From Bugula neritina (Eukaryota; Animalia; Bryozoa), in contig OZ037767.1 of NCBI GenBank assembly GCA_964035545.1, forward strand, positions 17,481,781-17,545,780: DNA of 64,000 nucleotides, in the 5' to 3' direction. The position numbers were made by a program, and so were the translations under genes. Below the pieces are notes generated by a model. The model was not told where the DNA came from and made no database searches. It was given only the letters and a program-made list of their open reading frames with translations. Below are positions 59,786 to 64,000 of this stretch, piece after piece; position 1 is the stretch's first letter; each line of letters begins with the position of its first letter.

Positions 59786-62700
59786 ATATATATGTATAAG
59801 TATATATATATACATATGTATAAGTATATGTAGATATGGTACTTTGCAGAAGAAGTTTTAGAAAATTCTCCAATAATTTGTTTTTATTTTCATTGTACAT
59901 TACAATATTTATTCTGGACTCTAACAATAAAAACACAAATTCATTATTCAATATTAATTAAATATTACCGCAACGTGATAACTTTCCATCCCACCGCGTG
60001 GTGTATCTCATCATATCGAGTTTTATCTGTAGTGGAGTTCGCCGTATCCACCCAGCCTTCAGGATTGTGGGGTTAGCTGAACCCCCCGACCTCAACTCTA
60101 CTACTGGTCAGTGGCTCAACGCAGAGATGCTGTCTATGTTCCTATTCCACCACATGACGGCTCTGCCAATCAAAGACGAGGTGAAGGTCATTGACTCGTT
60201 GACCGACCACCATGTGGACGACAAACTGTTCCAGCTGTCGGAGACCTTGAGAAGAAACAAAGATCCAACTGTGAGTGAGACTCGGTATAGTATATAGTAT
60301 AACCCATTATAGTATAACTCAGTACAGTATAACTCAGTACAGTATAACTCAGTACAGTATAACTCAGTACAGTATAACTCAGTACAGTATAACTCAGTAT
60401 AGTATAACTCAGTACAGTATAACTCAGTACAGTATAACTCAGTACAGTATAACTCAGTACAGTATAACTCAGTACAGTATAACTCAGTATAGTATAACTC
60501 AGTACAGTATAACTCAGTACAGTATAACTCAGTACAGTATAACTCAGTACAGTATAACTCAGTACAGTATAACTCAGTACAGTATAACTCAGTATAGTAT
60601 AACTCAGTATAGTATAACTCAGTACAGTATAACTCAGTATAGTATAACTCAGTACAGTATAACTCAGTACAGTATAACTCAGTACAGTATAACTGAGTAT
60701 AACTCATAACTTGTAGTGTCAAGCACTGGCCAACACTCTTTCCACCAGAAATCTTCTACGGATTGCGAAGAGACTTTCTCAATATCCTAATGAGTCGCTC
60801 TACACAGCCGTTCACAATGCCTGCATGTCTAGGTATGTTACTGTAGCTGTACACAATGCCTGCATGTCTAGGTATGTTACTGTAGCTGTACACAATGCCT
60901 GCATGTCTAGGTATGTTACTGTAGCTGTACACAATGCCTGCATGTCTAGGTATGTTACTGTAGCTGTACACAATGCCTGCATGTCTAGGTACGTTACTGT
61001 AGCTGTACACAATGCCTGCATGTCTAGGTATGTTACTGTAGCTGTACACAATGCCTGCATGTCTAGGTACGTTACTGTAGCTGTACACAATGCCTGCATG
61101 TCTAGGTATGTTACTGTAGCTGTTCACAATGCCTGCATGTCTAGGTATGTTACTGTAGCTGTACACAACGCCTGTATCTCTGGTTTGTAGATTTCTCCCA
61201 GTCCTTGCCAAGCGCACTTTAGAGCAAACCCTGGAGGAGCTAGAGATAGTCCCCACCTCCGTGACTTCTGAGTTAGAAACTTCGACTAGCTGCAGTGTCA
61301 CAGGAAGCAGACTGAGAATAGGAAACACCGAGTGTGAAATCCAGCAGACGGATAACTTGATGAAAGTTCCTGACACTCTGTTCTATGACAACGCTATGGT
61401 ATGGTATTATATCCCCATATGATATGTTATAAACTATGGTATATATGTGAAATAAATGTACGTCACAATAACAACGTTGTTTAGTATTGTGTCATATATT
61501 GTTGGTATATTGTGGAAGTACACGTGCTCACTGTTGTTGTTTCTTTAGCACATCTCTGTAATGGAGTCCATGTTGAAGGACTACCTGTCAGGAGAGCACC
61601 TGCTACTAGTAGGCAACCAGGGTGTCGGCAAGAACAAGGTGGTTGACAGGTTCTTGCAGCTACTTGGCAGGCCCAGGGAGTACATACAGCTTCACAGAGA
61701 TACTACAGTACAGACTCTCACTCTGCAGCCCACTGTTAGGGATGGAAGAATTGTTTATGATGACTCCCCTCTGGTAAGTATTGTGTAGGGATGGAAGAAT
61801 TGTATACGGTGACTCCCCTCTGGTGAGTATTGTGTTTATATAAATAGCTTCTCATAGTGAACTCTTTCCGTGTTTCACCAGGTCAAGGCCGTTAGAGAAG
61901 GTTTGGTGTTGGTTATTGACGAAGCGGACAAGGCACCTACAAACGTAACCTGTGTTCTCAAAACTCTGGTGGAGAGCGGGCAAATGCACCTCTCCGATGG
62001 CAGAAAAATTGTCAGTGGTGAGTCTACATCGGCTATGTCAAGGTCACTTTATCACGTGTGTCTAGTCTTGCTGCTGAGTCTATCTGAATGATATTGTCTG
62101 TAGGAGAAGATGGTGGCAGTCACTCTACTCAGTCTATCAAAATGCACCCAGACTTCAGGATGATAGTACTAGCTAATAGGCCGGGATTTCCTTTCCTTGG
62201 CAATGATTTCTTCCAAGCTGTTGGTAAGTATAACTCTTCTTACTTACCCTCTGCATGCTGATACTTACACTGTGCGTGTTGATATTTACTCTGTGCATGC
62301 TGTCACTTACTCTGTGCATGCTGATACTTACTCTCTGGACTATTCTGCCTGCAGGGGACATCTACAGCTGTCTAGCCCTGGATAACCCTGACATTGAGAG
62401 TGAGGTCTCCATGCTCAGGCAGTATGGACGGGGCGTCCCCGAAGCCACCCTCCGTAAGTTAGTCTTAGCCTTTGGAGAGCTGAGAAGTCTGGCTGACCAG
62501 GGCATCATCGCCTACCCCTACTCTACCAGGGAGGTCGTCAGCGTGGTCAAACACCTTCAGGTTAGCGCGTGACCTTCTTTTGACCTTCTGCTTAAACTAC
62601 TTAGATAGGAGATTATTATTAACTTCTAAAGTAAAGAGCAGGAAGCTAGGATTGACAAGCGATTTAATAATGCCTTTCAGTTGTCTCCATTTGTGTCGTT

Positions 62701-63419
62701 CTGGGTTGATATTCTGTGTGGTGTAACAGTACCAGTACTAGTCATGTGGTATAACAGTACTAGTCATGTGGCGTGGCAGTAGCAGTACTAGTCATGTGGT
62801 ATAACAGTGCTAATACTACATTTCCAGCTGTTTCCCGAGGACGGGCTAGCCACTGTGGTGTCTAACGTGTTTGACTTTGACCAGTACAACTCTGAGATGA
62901 AGGAGATGATCGTAGAGACGATGCGTAAACACGGCATTCCTCTGGGGGCTGTCTCTACTAACGTCAACTTAGCTAAGGAGTGAGTGTGTCGCACGCAGCT
63001 GTGGTATTGTGGTACCACACTGTGTGTCATACATAGATGTAGTATTGTGATACACTGTGCGTGTCACGTAGCTGTGGTATTGTAGTACCACGCTGTGATA
63101 TTGTGGTAAACTTTTACTTGTTTTTTTTCTTTTTGGAAAATGATTTTATATTCTATAAAATAGCCTTAAATTGATATTTTTGTTAAATTTCAGTTTTATT
63201 GTTATTTAGGTAAATTTACAAATCTATTTTGCCATGTTATGGTTGTAACTAAAATGTTATGTTTTCAGTTTTTATCTGCAATTTTGTAATGATTTTCCAT
63301 TATATGATTTCAGATATCCATTACCTGCCTTGTCACTTCGTGCTAAATGGAATATGAATAAAATATCTGCAGATACTCCACACAGTCTTGTTGTTGAACA
63401 CAAGTCTCTCAAACTCAAG
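53870..63419 (+). CDS. VWA8: von Willebrand factor A domain-containing protein 8 (mitochondrial AAA+ ATPase), 5' part; continues past the window
   Basis: Exon 1 53870-53987 (basic presequence-like MKSAIRIIMADRRAAHRLKILSR); later exons encode VTIGDVS, LKWMMQKDLLGQDIFLIG, EYIALSRDTTEADLKQRREI, LEGIEKAERNVLPVLNNLLENREMQLEDGRFL, YTGNPLDPPLRSRFQ, GPRGCGKS, LLLVGNQGVGKNK, LVIDEADKAP, YPYSTRE; last exon seen 63314-63419. Confidence 0.95.
55626..56385 (+). repeat. 48-54 bp tandem repeat copying VWA8 exon end plus donor
   Basis: ttctatgttgatcag|gta(gagta)tatccctactagttgttagtatatactgta x~14. Confidence 0.94.
56603..57720. repeat. 22-bp intronic minisatellite (agtataatacacagtagtatac)n
   Basis: ~50 copies starting at the donor GCA|gttagt. 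Confidence 0.96.
58736..58965 (+). repeat. 26-bp tandem repeat copying VWA8 exon end plus donor
   Basis: tgcattgtgggtccgagg|gtaagtgt x7, followed by decayed copies. Confidence 0.95.
60310..60705. repeat. 15-bp intronic minisatellite (agtataactcagtac)n
   Basis: ~26 copies. Confidence 0.95.
60813..61175 (+). repeat. 39-bp tandem repeat copying VWA8 exon end plus donor
   Basis: cacaatgcctgcatgtctag|gtatgttactgtagctgta x9. Confidence 0.95.
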
Positions 63420-63709
63420 GTCTGTGCTGACTTCTCCACTTTGCGTTACCATAGTTACCTGCTGTTGTTACTTCTTCTGTGAACATGATGAGAAATTTTC
63501 TTCCTAATAAGAACTAATTTAGAAATCCTCCTTGCTAAAATCAAGCTTGTTTCTTTTATTTAGCAATTAGCATGGCTATGTGCAGCAGGTGAAGTGATAG
63601 GGTGTGCCATGCTCATTGTAGTCTTGTATTGCAGTCCTTTATAAATAGTAGTCTTATATTGAATAGTAGAATTGAGTACAGTCATTCACAAGTTGAAGCT
63701 TGAAACTTA

Positions 63710-64000
63710 AATAGGAGGAGCTTACAATATGCAATAAGTAGGAGGAGCTTACAATATACAATAAGTAGGAGGAGCTTACACTATGCAATAAGTAGGAGGA
63801 GCTTACAATATGCAATAAGTAGGAGGACCTTACAATACCCAATAAGTAGGAGGAGCTTACAATATGCAATAAGTAGGAGGAGCTTACAATACCCAATAAG
63901 TAGGAGGAGCTTACAATACCCAATAAGTAGGAGGAGCTTACAATACCCAATAAGTAGGAGGAGCTTACAATACCCAATAAGTAGGAGGAGCTTACAATAC
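63710..64000. repeat. 27-bp minisatellite (aataagtaggaggagcttacaataccc), runs off the window
   Basis: ~11 copies. Confidence 0.93.

Noticed and set aside
56581-61376. Long minus-strand Tyr/Cys-rich ORFs
   Set aside because: Antisense translations of VWA8 intronic repeats.

Overview
AT-rich, intron-rich invertebrate (metazoan) genomic DNA; exons were assembled by eye from GT-AG boundaries, and most long ORFs in the supplied track are translations of tandem repeats. Left to right: (1) 5' end of PPP4R4 on the minus strand, absent from the ORF track; (2) receptor protein tyrosine phosphatase-like gene A (3784-27602, +; signal peptide, EGF-like, ~8 FN3, TM, two PTP domains), one intron of which holds a same-strand BED-finger/hAT-transposase-derived gene; (3) a shorter tandem paralog B (30842-44678), related to A as a patchwork of near-identical and diverged blocks, with both PTP domains of both genes lacking the P-loop arginine; (4) RPUSD1-like pseudouridine synthase (minus); (5) a young 5.27-kb Gypsy-type LTR element (47828-53095) with gag, protease and integrase Zn finger but no RT/RNase H/integrase core, plus an intron-containing Zn-finger/coiled-coil accessory gene; (6) the 5' part of VWA8, running off the window. 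Many introns contain minisatellites that begin at, and often copy, the exon end plus 5' splice site.
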